From: Malacoraja senta
Lineage: Eukaryota
Direction of reading: 5' to 3'
Assembly: GCA_038087875.1 (NCBI GenBank)
Contig: CM075990.1
Coordinates: 10,356,001-10,420,000 of the forward strand
Length of the DNA: 64,000 nt
Shown here: piece after piece, positions 46,075 through 57,420 of the stretch
Numbering within the stretch: position 1 is the stretch's first letter
Layout of the letters: each line of letters begins with the position of its first letter
Notes under the pieces: model-generated
Database searches by the model: none
The model's input: only the letters and a program-made list of their open reading frames with translations
Told to the model about the DNA's origin: nothing
Position numbers and translations under genes: made by a program

Positions 46075-47540
46075 GGCAATACTTAGCAAGCCAGGGCCAG
46101 GCAGCATCTGTGGTAGGAGAAACAAAGTTAATGCGTCCAGCTAATGAACATCTCAGACGTGAGAAAAGTTAGAAATGAAATATTTCAGATCATGTAGAAT
46201 GGGGGAGAAGTCAGGGAGAATAAAACAAAAGGTCCACGATAAGCAAGAAACCAGGAGGAACTGGATTACAGAAGATTGTGATAGTGTTGCCTGAGTGAGA
46301 GTGGTGAAAGTATATCTGGAGCAGGTGCGAGTTTGGAAGATGAATAACAAATGAAGCAGTAGGACAGAAACCAACAATAACTGAATGCTATGGCAGTGAG
46401 ATACAAGACTGGAATAGTATATGACCACCAGCAAACTCCCCTCCAAATCGTACACAATCTTAATTTGGAAATGTATTGCTGTTCATTCATTATCACTGGG
46501 TCTAACTCCTGGAACTCCCTAACTAACAACATTGTGTAAGCATCTTCACCAGAGGGTTATAAGGTTCAAGGCCACTCACCACCATCTTCTCAAGGGCAAT
46601 TAGAAGTGGGCATTAAACACTTGCCTTTGCCAGTGAAGCCCAAATCATGATGCATGGGATAAATATATATACATTGAAAGAAGTATAATTATCCTGAAGG
46701 AATTTTTGAGTCCCTGGACAATAAGAAGGGAAGAAACAAACGCTCATGAATTTCATCTTCCGTTGTCCCACAGGAAAGTGCCATGAAAAGGAGAATGGCT
46801 AGTTGGCCAATGTCATGGTGGAAGAGTGAACCACAACATGGTGAGAAAAGTGGTCTCTTTGGAAAAGGAGGAATGGGGAACATATGGCTTGAGGTGACGT
46901 CATGTTGGAGATGTCAGAAATGATGGAGGATAAACCATTGAATATGGAGGCTGGCAGGGTAGGAGGTGAACAGAAAGAGAAAACTATCCTTCTGCTGACT
47001 GGGAGAGGAAGGGGTAAGAGGCAAAGTGTGGGAAATGATAGAGGCACTTTTGAGAGTGCTCTGAACTATGGTGAAGGAGAAACCAGGGTTAAGGGTCGAG
47101 GAACAGAAGGTACTATCAGATTATTTATATGCAACGGAAATAACCGGGAGATTAAAATGCAGTCTTTACAGGAAGCAGGATTGGAGAATGTGTAAATCAA
47201 AATAACTGTAAGGATCCATCAGCTTATAATGGATAATACATCATGGCCACTAACCTATCTCCTGAATCGAAGATAGAAAGTCAGGAAGGAAAGATCTGGA
47301 AGGAAAAATCAGGCAAGGAAAGAATTACAAATGGAGCAAGTGAAAGTGACAGCAGGGATGATATTGGTGGCAAAAGTTTAAAAACATTTGAATTTTTTAT
47401 GGGAGTAGGAAGCAACACTGATTCCAACATCGATGTATCAGAAAAGGGGTGAGGAAAGAGAACGTGAGTAGGACTGACCGAAGGAATGTTTGAATCTACC
47501 AGAACTAGCGTACATTTATCCATAATGGTTTTATGTCAGT
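46075..47540 (-). mobile_element. Old, decayed Penelope-like element
   Basis: 46860-47000 is a diverged reverse complement of 26515-26660 (the PLVLTFHPTS..IQ..ILR.FRHLQ region). pLTR-like end near 46075-46260. Confidence 0.65.
46435..46660 (+). mobile_element. LINE 3' end (CR1 group) nested in the old Penelope
   Basis: TCCTGGAACTCCCT..GGTTCAAG..CTCACCACCATCTTCTCAAGGGCAATTAG..TTGCCAGTGAAGCCC encodes a WNSL..FK..HHHLL-type C-terminus followed by the tail. Confidence 0.6.
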
Positions 47541-49361
47541 TGTTCTAGGAAAGGGCAAGTGAAATAAGCACCAGTTAATAACTACTTCCCATTAATGAAC
47601 ACGCAAGAGCAACTTTGCATCAAAGCAATTCCAGCAACTGAACTGCACCCAAAAGGCTTTTAACTTCTTTTCCAGGAGTAATCATCAAAATGTACTCATT
47701 CGTAGCTGCACAGCTCATTAAAAAAAACTGAAATATCACTTCAGATTACGTTTAGATCACAGGATGGTGTGATTTGAATTAGCAAATGTATGAAATGTGA
47801 ATCAGGCAAGCAAGGTACAGTAAGTGATCCTGTCTGTGGATAATGTGGCAATTTTTTAAACACTGCATCTGATGACATAAAAGTCTGTGTTTTTTTCTGT
47901 CCTTGTTTACTGAAAGTATAACCGGCATTATAATTCATTCGTGACTTCCCATCTCAAATCAGGAAATTGCAAGAAGGGACAAAGGCCTCATTCACTGGCC
48001 CATAAAGACCTTGGGCTGCTACCCTTAACGCTGGAGTGTGAAGTGGAGGATCACTTCCATGTTCAGATGTAACACACATCGCTGAGAGAGCCTCCAGGCT
48101 GAGAGTTTCCACTTGGCAGCTTGCACTCTGTCTCAGAGGCCAAGGGTAAGAGGTCATTCAGCTTTTTTTTTAAACTGGACAAAAGATTAACTTGAAATTG
48201 TGATAAGACACAAATTAAAGGTCAGTTTTAATTCTGCGTTCCGATGCACAGTTGCATTTATAATTGTACTAATAATATAAACTTCACTTTGTGGAAATTG
48301 AATATGATTTATGGTTTAAATATAAATGGATTTGATGACAAAACAGGCAGTATTTAAAATGATTTTAAATAGCTATGTACTTTTGAGTCCATAAACATTT
48401 CATGATGTTTCAGATATATTTGTTCCATTGAAATAATTTTCAACATTTGTACATAACATTACAGTTAAGAAGATTCTTCCACTTGTCTACCAAGAAAAAA
48501 CTGAGATTTACTACAAACATAAATTGCTAGTTCATTTCTAAGCCTATTGTTCCTGTCTAATGTATTTTCAATCATCAGAAGTAAAAGGAATGTCAACCTT
48601 GAGCCGAACGTTCAAAACTTTGTGTAGTCCTAAATCCTAGCTACGAGATGCAAATCATCCACTGGAAATCTCGGGGAGTAACATGAAGGCTCTGTCAAGT
48701 ATCGCAGGTGGACACAAAGTATGTCCCACCAGCCAGCAATTATGGAACTAATTGTTGGTATTAATCAATTGGTTGGGTAAGAACATGGATGCCGTGGAGG
48801 TATATGCTGCTAGACCAACCTGGTTAATCACCACTTCCATGGGTTGTAACATTTTGTACTTTGTAACCTGTACATAGAACAGTGTATGAAATATTTAGCT
48901 CTGCTTGACTTTTACAGTTTTTCCTCCAATATTGAGAACTACCCAGTAACATAATCTGATTGTTTTTGCATGTTAATAATTTCCCCAAAGTTCTGCTCCT
49001 TTATTTATTTGTTGTTGTTGTTTATTAGTGTATAGAATCCATCCAGTAACATTAAAGCTTTATTTTCACTTTTTAACTCAAACCAAATGAATTCTATGCT
49101 CGATCTCCCCAAATCATCTCTCTTTGGCAATATGTCTCCCTTAATTATTTCTGCAATACACCACCCACACCCTTTTCCCTCCCCCTTTTTGTGAGCACCT
49201 TGTATTCTGAAATAGTGAGGACCCAGTTCTGTCTATTGTGGACCAGGTGTTTGTTTTCTCAATGGCATCATTAACACACTTGGCTCTATGTACTTGCTGT
49301 CCACTAACCTTATTTACCACACTTTGTTAATGCACATACACGCATATGTTCTAAATCTGTT

Positions 49362-51002
49362 TTGGTATTCCTAATTCTCAAAACCTGCTCCCATCTAATA
49401 TGCAACATTTCCTCCTCTATTACGCCATATTCTTCTTTTCTTGTGCCTCTGACATTGTCGGGTCTAGAGGATGTGGTTAGGCATATTAAGCCGTCGGGTT
49501 CCCCCTGTGATGCTGTCCCTCCTCTTCTTTTTAAAGAGGTTTTCCCGAGTATAGGGCAGTCGGTTCTCGCCATTATAAACAGTAGCTTGTGTTCTGGGGT
49601 TGTCCCCATAAATTTTAAACATGCTGTAGTGCAACCACTACTTAAAAAACCAGGCCTGGATCAAACTGATCTGGCCAATTTTAGGCCGATCTCCAAGTTG
49701 CCTTTTATTTCTAAGATCATGGAGAAGGTAGTTTATGCGCAGCTGAAACTCTTCCTGGATGAGCACAATATTCGGGAGGTTTTCCAGTCTGGATTCAAGG
49801 CTATGCATAGCACAGAGTCGGCTCTGCTAAGGGTCTTCAACGACATCCTCCTGGCAAACGACTCAGGTAATTATGTGGTTCTTGTCTTGCTGGACCTATC
49901 TGCCGCCTTCGATACAGTGGACTATGGAATATTAATTTCCAGACTACAGCACCAAGTGGGCATTTGTGGCAGTGCCCTGGGATGGTTCAGGTCCTATCTG
50001 GCAGACAGAACCATGCGTGTAAGCCTTGCTGGCTTTGAATCCTCCTCCACTCCCTTGGTATATGGGGTTCCACAGGGCTCAATTTTAGGGCCCCTGCTCT
50101 TCTCCTTATACCTACTTCCTCTGGGCTCAATTCTAAGAAGGCATGGCATCTCCTTTCACTTTTATGCAGATGATAGCCAGTTATATATGCCACTCAGGAA
50201 AGAAGAAGACTATTCTCTAAAATCACTTCTGTCTTGTCTTGAGGACATTAAGTCCTGGATGGCCTTAAACTTTCTGGGACTTAATGAAGAGAAGACAGAG
50301 GTGATTTTGTTTGGCCCCAATGGCTGCCGTGAACCTCCCTTTGTTGATTTGGGTCCACTGGCATTGTCTGTAAAGCCAACCGTCTTGAACCTGGGTTTTA
50401 GGATGGACGGTGATTTTAAACTAGACAAACAAATAGGCGCGGTGGTTAAGTCCAGCTTCTTTCACCTAAGGAAGCTGGCAAAGGTGAAGCCCATTCTCGA
50501 GCGGGAGCATTTTGAAACAGTAATCCATGCCTTTATTACATCTAGGCTGGATTACTGTAACGCACTCTACTCTGGAGTCGCACGAGCTTCATTGGCTCGC
50601 CTCCAGCTTGTTCAAAATGCTGCCGCTCGCCTTTTGACTGGAACTCGAAAGAGGGAGCACATTACGCCAATTTTGGCCTCCCTACACTGGCTCCCAGTGC
50701 ACTTTCGAGTTCATTTCAAAATTCTTTTATTTGTTTTTAAATCCTTGAATGGGCTCGCCCCGCCTTACCTCTCTGAGCTGCTCCACCTATATGCTCCTGC
50801 CCGGTGCCTCAGGTCAGCTGATCAGCTGCTCCTTGAGGTACCAAGGTCTAAGCGGAAGCTCAGAGGGGATAGAGCTTTTTCTGTTGCTGCTCCGGCACTC
50901 TGGAACACCTTGCCGCTGCACATCAGACAGGCCCCCTCACTGTCCATCTTCAAATCCTCCCTAAAAACATATTTTTATTCTTTGGCTTTCGACACTGGCT
51001 GA
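49362..51002 (+). CDS. Reverse transcriptase domain and C-terminus of L2-clade LINE ORF2 (5'-truncated; listed start probably lies in flanking DNA)
   Basis: 546-aa open frame with NFRPISKLPFISK, QSGF, LLDLSAAFDTVD, GVPQGSILGPLLF, YADDSQ, SRLDYCN, LQLVQNAAARLLT and LHWLPV. Confidence 0.9.
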   Translation: MVFLILKTCSHLICNISSSITPYSSFLVPLTLSGLEDVVRHIKPSGSPCDAVPPLLFKEVFPSIGQSVLAIINSSLCSGVVPINFKHAVVQPLLKKPGLDQTDLANFRPISKLPFISKIMEKVVYAQLKLFLDEHNIREVFQSGFKAMHSTESALLRVFNDILLANDSGNYVVLVLLDLSAAFDTVDYGILISRLQHQVGICGSALGWFRSYLADRTMRVSLAGFESSSTPLVYGVPQGSILGPLLFSLYLLPLGSILRRHGISFHFYADDSQLYMPLRKEEDYSLKSLLSCLEDIKSWMALNFLGLNEEKTEVILFGPNGCREPPFVDLGPLALSVKPTVLNLGFRMDGDFKLDKQIGAVVKSSFFHLRKLAKVKPILEREHFETVIHAFITSRLDYCNALYSGVARASLARLQLVQNAAARLLTGTRKREHITPILASLHWLPVHFRVHFKILLFVFKSLNGLAPPYLSELLHLYAPARCLRSADQLLLEVPRSKRKLRGDRAFSVAAPALWNTLPLHIRQAPSLSIFKSSLKTYFYSLAFDTG

Positions 51003-51197
51003 GGCATTGCCCCTGTTTTTAGTGCTTTTAATGTCTTCTAATTTTTAGTGTGTTTTTTATAGTCCTTCGTTTTACGTTTTTTAATGGTTTTTAATTGTTT
51101 GTAATAGCTTTTTGTTCATGATTTCTCATGTACAGCACTTTGTGGCAACTGTGGTTGTTTAAAGTGCTTTATAAATAAAGTTATTATTATTATTATT
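49410..51197 (+). mobile_element. Young 5'-truncated L2-clade LINE
   Basis: Uninterrupted RT ORF, a 3' UTR with GTACAGCACTTTG...AAAGTGCTTTATAAATAAA, and a (TTA)n tail. The 5' boundary is approximate. Confidence 0.93.
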
Positions 51198-51317
51198 TTC
51201 TTTGTGTTGGTGCCCATCTACCTGCCAATTCAATTTAAACCCTTCACAAACACAATTGGAAATCTCCACACTAGGACAATGGTCCCCACTCTAGAACTGA
51301 TGTCAATCAAGGCCCTC

Positions 51318-51424
51318 CAGGTCTCCACCTGAAACGTCACCCATTCCTTCTCTCCTGCTGAATTCCTCCAGCTTTTTGAGACCATCTTTGGCTTAAACCA
51401 CCATCTGCAGTTCCTTCCTACACA
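51318..51424 (+). mobile_element. Penelope-derived short element
   Basis: TGAAACGTCACCCATTCCTTCTCTCC..CCAGCTTTTTG..TCTGCAGTTCCTTCCTACAC. Confidence 0.75.
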
Positions 51425-52726
51425 CTCTCCCTCTTACTACTTGTCCTGAGATACAGATTAATCTGCCTGGTCTTCCTATTTCTATTCTTCCTAGCATTAT
51501 TCACCGTGGTTATTCCGAAGCCTATTGTCTTGAAAAGTGCTGCCTTGATTGAACCACCCCTACCTTTTAAAAAAAAAACTAAGGCCTCATGTTAAAAAAC
51601 AGTTTCTTCTTTCAATCCTGACCAAATAGTTAGGAGATGCACCTTTCAGATCTGTACTTAAAATCAAGACCAATATTCTGTGCACTTCTTAGTAATGTAA
51701 TCCTGGTTTTATTTTTGTTTAAATAATCAATGTGGCAGCTCTTTCCCTCACTTTACTGAACGTCCATACTCAGCAGAATTTGTCCATAATTTCAAGTTTT
51801 ACTGTCTATTAGAGCTTCATTCAATTGAAACTGCTCACACATTGTGCTTTGCATAAGTGAGCAAACTCTAATATTATGGTCCAAATCTTAGTTGACCATA
51901 ATTAACAGGTGATTTTTGCCGACTCCTAAAAAACGGAGGAACTGCCATTACCAGGCAATTTATCTACCACTGACCAAAGTTATAAATGAAACTAGAGGTT
52001 AAGACTAATTAAATGTATAAATTCAAACTTTCATTAAAATGTGTTACACCATGCTTAACTAATTTCATTCACTACATTCTGTTGAATTTGCACAGTTGAA
52101 ACCACACCAACAATATAACATCATGCTCTGAACTCCAAGAAATGGAATCCGATCGTCATAATTTATGGATGTTAATATTGACAGTAAACATAGTATGAAA
52201 TATTAACCTGTGAAATGAACCTAAAGTGCTTTGAGCAACACCTTCGTGATCTTCAAACTTATTGGAATTCCTGCAGGGCAAACACTATCTCAGTTTTCAA
52301 TATCAAATTTCTAAAGTAAAAATGAGCCAAAAATCTGTTGGCAAACTCTATGGATTTCACAGAAACATAATTCCTCTTCAAAAACTGAGGTGCATTATAA
52401 TTGGAACTAGAGAACACTTGACTCATGGAGTCCAACAGAGCATGAAATAATGAGTTGTAGTGCCTTGCCAAAGTGGTGGACACCAGGATTAGTTATTACA
52501 TATTACTTCCTCTGTCCTTTGATAATTTTCTATTTAAGTTTCGATTAAGAAAGATAGAGCTAAAGATATCTAAGCGTCATCTTGTCATTTCATGGAAGAA
52601 ATCTTCCCAAGTGCCCTTCTGAGGAGTTACATAGGTAATATAATCATAAAGACAAAAAGCATGGAAACAGGCTATTCAGTTCAACATGTCTACAACAACT
52701 ACTGGCACTCATCTCTACTAATCCCA

Positions 52727-53332
52727 TAAATTGGAGGAACAGCATCTTATATTTCGCTTGGGCAGCTTACAACCTAGCGGTATGAATATTTATTTCTCTA
52801 ACTTCAAGCAACCCTTCCATCCTCTCTCTCCATCCACTCCCCCACCCAAATCATCCTACTAGTTTCACTGTGCTCCTGTTGAGTTTGACTGTCTTAATAA
52901 ATCGTTAACCGTTAACTCGTTAACTCGTTAATTCAAGCCCACCGCCAACAATGTACCATTGTGGACTCCACCTTTCCTTGATCATCATTACTTTTCCTTT
53001 CTCTCCATCCCTCCCCGTTCCCAGTTCTCCGACCAGTCTAACTGCCCCGATTACATTTTATCTCTGTTTGCTTTGTTGTTACCTTCTCCTAGCTAACAAT
53101 GATCTATTCTACATTTTCCTTGATCTCCACACCCTTGGATGTCTCATATTCACACCTTACACTTCCTTGCCTCTGTAATTCCCTCTCCCCTGACACTCAG
53201 TCTGAAGAAGGGTCTTGACCCAAAATGTCACCCATTCCTTTGATCCAGAGGTGCTGCCTGTCCCGCTGAGTTACTCCAGCATTTTGTGTCTATCTTCGGT
53301 TTAAACCAGCATCTGCAGTTCCTTCCTACACA
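52727..53332 (+). mobile_element. Penelope-like element 3' end (ORF terminus plus pLTR)
   Basis: AAATTGGAGGAACAGCATCTTATATTTCGCTTGGGCAGCTTACAACCTAGCGGTATGAAT encodes KLEEQHLIFRLGSLQPSGMN, the Penelope ORF end. The pLTR follows. Confidence 0.85.
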
Positions 53333-53399
53333 TCTTATCCACAGTGGCTGTTGTTACGCTGCTCCCTTTTGCATGGAGAGTGTACAGATGTCTGACCAC

Positions 53400-53740
53400 A
53401 TGATGAGCTTGCCCTGCTGGCTTCAGACTGCTGCAGTCTGCTGTGTGAAGCCACAATCTGACTCTTGTTGCCTGTCATCCAGTGGTGGGAGAAAGCTATT
53501 GACCTTCTGAGTGCAGATGGCAATAACATGGTCCACACCACCACTGGACTTACCAGAAGATGTAAGTGGCCAATAGTGTCCCAATCTGCCATGATCCAAA
53601 CAGAATCCCCACCATTTCAACCTCTGGACGTGGGCCAGATGTGGTTAACACATGCTGCATCCCAGCTGTGGACCGTCAAAATTCTTCAGAAAGTCTGTGG
53701 AGGCCATTCTCTGCTCTGCTAAACAGCAACTTACTCCTGA
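53400..53740 (-). pseudogene. Possible second, more decayed Harbinger transposase fragment
   Basis: Minus frames give GSWQ, DTIG and VNSFLPPLDDRQQESDCGF, loosely collinear with GSFQ..GD..G and FIxFPxD..QxxxAxGF. Confidence 0.35.
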
Positions 53741-53794
53741 TGAAGAACTGACTGCCATTGGGAGTTATTCCTGATCCCAAAGAAAGGAGTTTAA

Positions 53795-53895
53795 GTTGAG
53801 TTTAGAGTTTAGTTTAAAGTCACATGTACCGAGGTACAGTGAAAAGCTTTTGTTGCATGTTAACCAGTCAACAGAAAGATAATACTTAACTACAA
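53795..53895 (-). mobile_element. Rex1-type 3' tail fragment
   Basis: TTTAGTTTA..GTCACATGTACCGAGGTACAGTGAAAAGCTTTTGTTGC matches 25066-25150. Confidence 0.75.
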
Positions 53896-55121
53896 GCGAA
53901 ATAATTACAACATAAATATGCTCCTTAGGAACTCACCTCAGTTCCGACAGAACTGTAAGGTGTCCATGGCTAGAGTCACTCTATTCCCACAGAACAACAA
54001 ACTACTGATGGACAACCAAAATCTGGTCCCAGGTAACTGAGGGCAGAACTCTGAGTGGGTTAGCCTAACTTTGCATCGAAGAACTAAGACTGGATGGCCT
54101 CTTCCTAAGCCTCTATCGCACCTTGACCAGGTGGACACTGCACAAAGGGAGTGGCGTCAGACTCTTACGAAGACATTACTGACAGAGTGGAAGTGATGCT
54201 TCCCATGCACCAAACATCATCAGGTGAGAGGTGGGAAAAGGACTCCTCAATTCACCTCGCTATCTCATTTAGCGGATGGGTAAGTAGTGCCTCGTTATAT
54301 CTTGCAATAATCAAAGTAGGTCTCATTTATGCGAAATGCACAATGTTCCAGGAGGAAGTGAGAATGTGGGTATAATTGACAGAATCTTCACATGTGAAAG
54401 CTTTATGAAAACACTGCATAAGGGACATGCCTCTTTAGTGGCTCTTTAACTCTGGGCTCAGTTTGGGACTGTGTTGCCCCTCTATGCACAAGGAAGAGGA
54501 TTTTCTCCTCCAGGCTTGTGAAATGGTGAGCACAAGAGGGTCTTTACTGCCCTGGTAACTTATTGGATACTTTGTCTAAAATACAGAAGAGAAACCAATG
54601 ACACACTTGATATAGTGGACACATATCGATGGGTGAATGTGGGCGAGTAAGGATGGGGGAAAATCTTTGGGGTCTGTCAATGAATGTTGGTTAGTGGGAT
54701 GGAAAAAGGTTGTATGTGCCAACAGGGGATTGGTGGGATTATTTGATTGCAGCAGAGAGACACAAGCATTGAGAAGTGTTCATTGAGCTGTGGTTCCCAA
54801 TTTGACCTATGGTCATTGTACTTTGGTCTATATTGCTTCATATTGTGGAAGGTTCATTCCTGGGTCTTAAGATCTCTCTGGCGTTTTGACATCAGCATCT
54901 AATGACTACCTGTAGGACCTGCATCGCCGTTGACCCGCGCTTTGAAGCCATGCCAGCAATAATTTTCCGTGATCATTTTCTGTTCTGTGGTGACCATAAT
55001 GTTTGTTGCAAATGTTGGGTTGCATCTCGTTTCAGGGTCTAGCTTTCCCCAAATAATTGTGCAGTAAGATGCTTGAAATTCAGGGTGGAACCTTTATGAC
55101 CCACTGGCAGTATCGGCAAGG

Positions 55122-55463
55122 ACACACACCATCCTGGCCACACACTCATCTCCCCCCTACCTTCAGGTATAAGGTACAGGAGCCTGAAGACTGCAACTAC
55201 CAGGTTCAGGAATAGCTACTTCCCCACAGCCATCAGGCTATTAAATTTGGCTCGGACAAAACTTTGAACATTAATAGCCCATTATCTGTTATTTGCACTT
55301 GATCAGATTATTTATTCATGTGTGTATATATTTATATAATGGTATATGGACACACTGATCTGTTCTGTAGTCATGCCTACTATGTTCTGTTGTGCTGAAG
55401 CAAAGCAAGAATTGCATTGTCCTATCAGGGACACATGACAATAAACTCTCTTGAATCTTGAAT
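55122..55463 (+). mobile_element. Rex1/Babar-clade LINE 3' fragment
   Basis: CACACCATCCTGGCCACACACTCAT..AGGTACAGGAGCCTGAA..ATGACAATAAACTCTCTTGAATCTTGAATC, same family as 11965-13099. Confidence 0.85.
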
Positions 55464-56378
55464 CAAATCAAAACACACTTGCTCATTTTGCACCATTTTG
55501 AGCGGACTTCATTCAGTGCAGGGGCAAAATTGTCACAATTTTATAGTGCACCGAAAAGTGGAAGGGCAGCATCTCTCACCAGTGTAATTCCCCCTCTTTA
55601 TGTGGTAGTTTAGATTTCGTCATCTCTTCAGTTCACCGGGCTCTGACAATGGTCTCACCAACCCTTACCCGGGTCTGAAAAAGCTTCTTGGAAGTATGCA
55701 AGGGTGACTGAAAGGCCTCACAGATGATAAAACATGAATTCAAATGTCAAATACCCAAGGAAGGAATGATATAGATGATTAGTGTTGACAGTTTCTGTAT
55801 TAAAAAGCTCCTTCCATTCCCCATAATCCACATCTGGCGGCTTTCAGAGGAGAATCTCACATTGCACATCTGCTGTTTGACAAGCAAGTGCTATTATTCA
55901 GCTATGTCCAAGCTTATTGTTTCCACTTGTACTGATTGGATTTTGTAGGCTAAATTGGATACACATTCGAATGGCAAGAACTGCTTATTCCTTCAGATCC
56001 TCTTTCCAAATGATTCACACAAAGATAAAGAGACCCTCACCCCATAATAAAGATCATTGTTTATATGAGGACAGAACTTTAATCTTTGCTTTGAATGGGA
56101 CTGATATCCCAGTATATTACTTCATTACAATAAGCGGCAAATACTCTTTCAAGTAAAAAATGACAAGTTGGACTGAAATCGTTAAATCACTTTATTAAAT
56201 TCTTGTGACATTGGAGTGCAAAGAGTTTCTGATGTGAACCTATGGCAGGAGTCCACAAGAGCCGGCACAAGTCTGGGTGCTACAGGCTCATTTGAATTAG
56301 ATTTCATTTGCAATGCCCATGTAAGAAACTTCCTATGAGAAAGTGCAGACATTGCTTTGACCAACACTATCTCTTTGC

Positions 56379-56781
56379 GGGTCAGACAGCATTTGTGGAG
56401 AAAAGGAATAGGTGACGTTTCGGGTTGAGACCCTTCTTCAGTCTGAGAATCAGGGAAGAGGGAAACGAGAGATATGAAAAGGTACAGAGAACAAATGAAT
56501 GAAAGGTGTGAAAAGGACAAATCAAAGCCAGCAATGATGATCAAGGAAAGGTGGAGCCCACAAAGGTCCATTGTTGGCTGTGGAGCATGGCATTCATTAA
56601 TTTGTTCTCTGTACCTTTTCATATCTCTTGTTTCCCTCTCTCGTGATTCTCAGTCTGAAGAAGGGTCTCGACCCGAAACGTCACCTATTCCTTTTCTCCA
56701 CAGATATTGCCTGACCTGCTGTTACTCCATCTTTTTGTGTCTATCTTTGGTTTAAACTAGCATCTGCAGTTCCTTCCTACA
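56379..56781. mobile_element. Inverted dimer of Penelope pLTR-derived element, with a hammerhead-like motif on each strand
   Basis: Arms about 56379-56582(-) and 56590-56781(+). Motif CTGAAGAAGGGTCTCGACCCGAAACGTC at 56655-56682, mirrored at about 56413-56440. ACACTATCT(C/G)TTTGC is duplicated at 56364-56378 and 56779-56793. Confidence 0.88.
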
Positions 56782-56832
56782 CTATCTGTTTGCTTCTGGC
56801 CACAAAATGCAGCTCAATGTAGAATTTAAAGT

Positions 56833-57420
56833 GATACAAAGTGCCGGAGTAACTCAGCGGGTCAGGCAGCGTCTCTGACGAACATGGATAGGTGACGTTT
56901 CTGGTCGGGACCCTTCTTTAGATTCATTGTGGTGGGGAGAGGGGGCCCGTGGACAAAGCTGGAAGAGACGCAAGGCAAGAGAAAGCCTGGCGTGTGCTAG
57001 GTGGATGCAGATGAGTGGCGGGGGGTGGGGGGGGAGGGGGGGGAGGGGGGGGAGGGGGGGGAGGGGGGGGAGGGGGGGGATGGGGCGGAGGGGGGGGGAG
57101 GGGGGAGGGGGGGGTTGATAGGCAGATGGTTGGCAATGGTCAGAGGTGAAAAATCAGGTGTGAGAAAAGGATAAAAGAGGTGTGAACTAAAGGAATATAT
57201 GGAAGGGGATCAGGTAAATTAAAAATGGGTGTTAGTCCAGGTGGAGCACAAGGTAGGGGAGAGGTGGAAATAAATGGTTGTTTGCAGGTTCGTCACTTAA
57301 AATTGGGGAAGTCAATGTTCATGATGTTAAGATTAAGATTAACTTTTAAATAATGTTAAGATGCAAGCTACCCAAGTGGAATATGAGGTGCTATTCCTTC
57401 TGTTTGCACGTGGCCTCACT
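56833..57420 (-). mobile_element. Penelope-like element 3' end (pLTR and decayed ORF terminus)
   Basis: pLTR reverse complement at 56833-56925. GCAAGCTACCCAAGTGGAATATGAGGTGCTATTCC is the reverse complement of the EQHLIFxLGSLQ region. Confidence 0.75.
57020..57114 (+). repeat. G-rich tract, mostly (G7-8A)n
   Basis: Directly visible. It accounts for the poly-Pro and GGR ORFs. Confidence 0.9.

Noticed and set aside
52900..52932. Short tandem of CGTTAAC(T) palindromic units
   Set aside because: It is a local slippage expansion inside a Penelope 3' region, with no evidence of independent function.
56924..57136. Poly-proline and GGR-repeat ORFs
   Set aside because: They are translations of the G-rich simple repeat.
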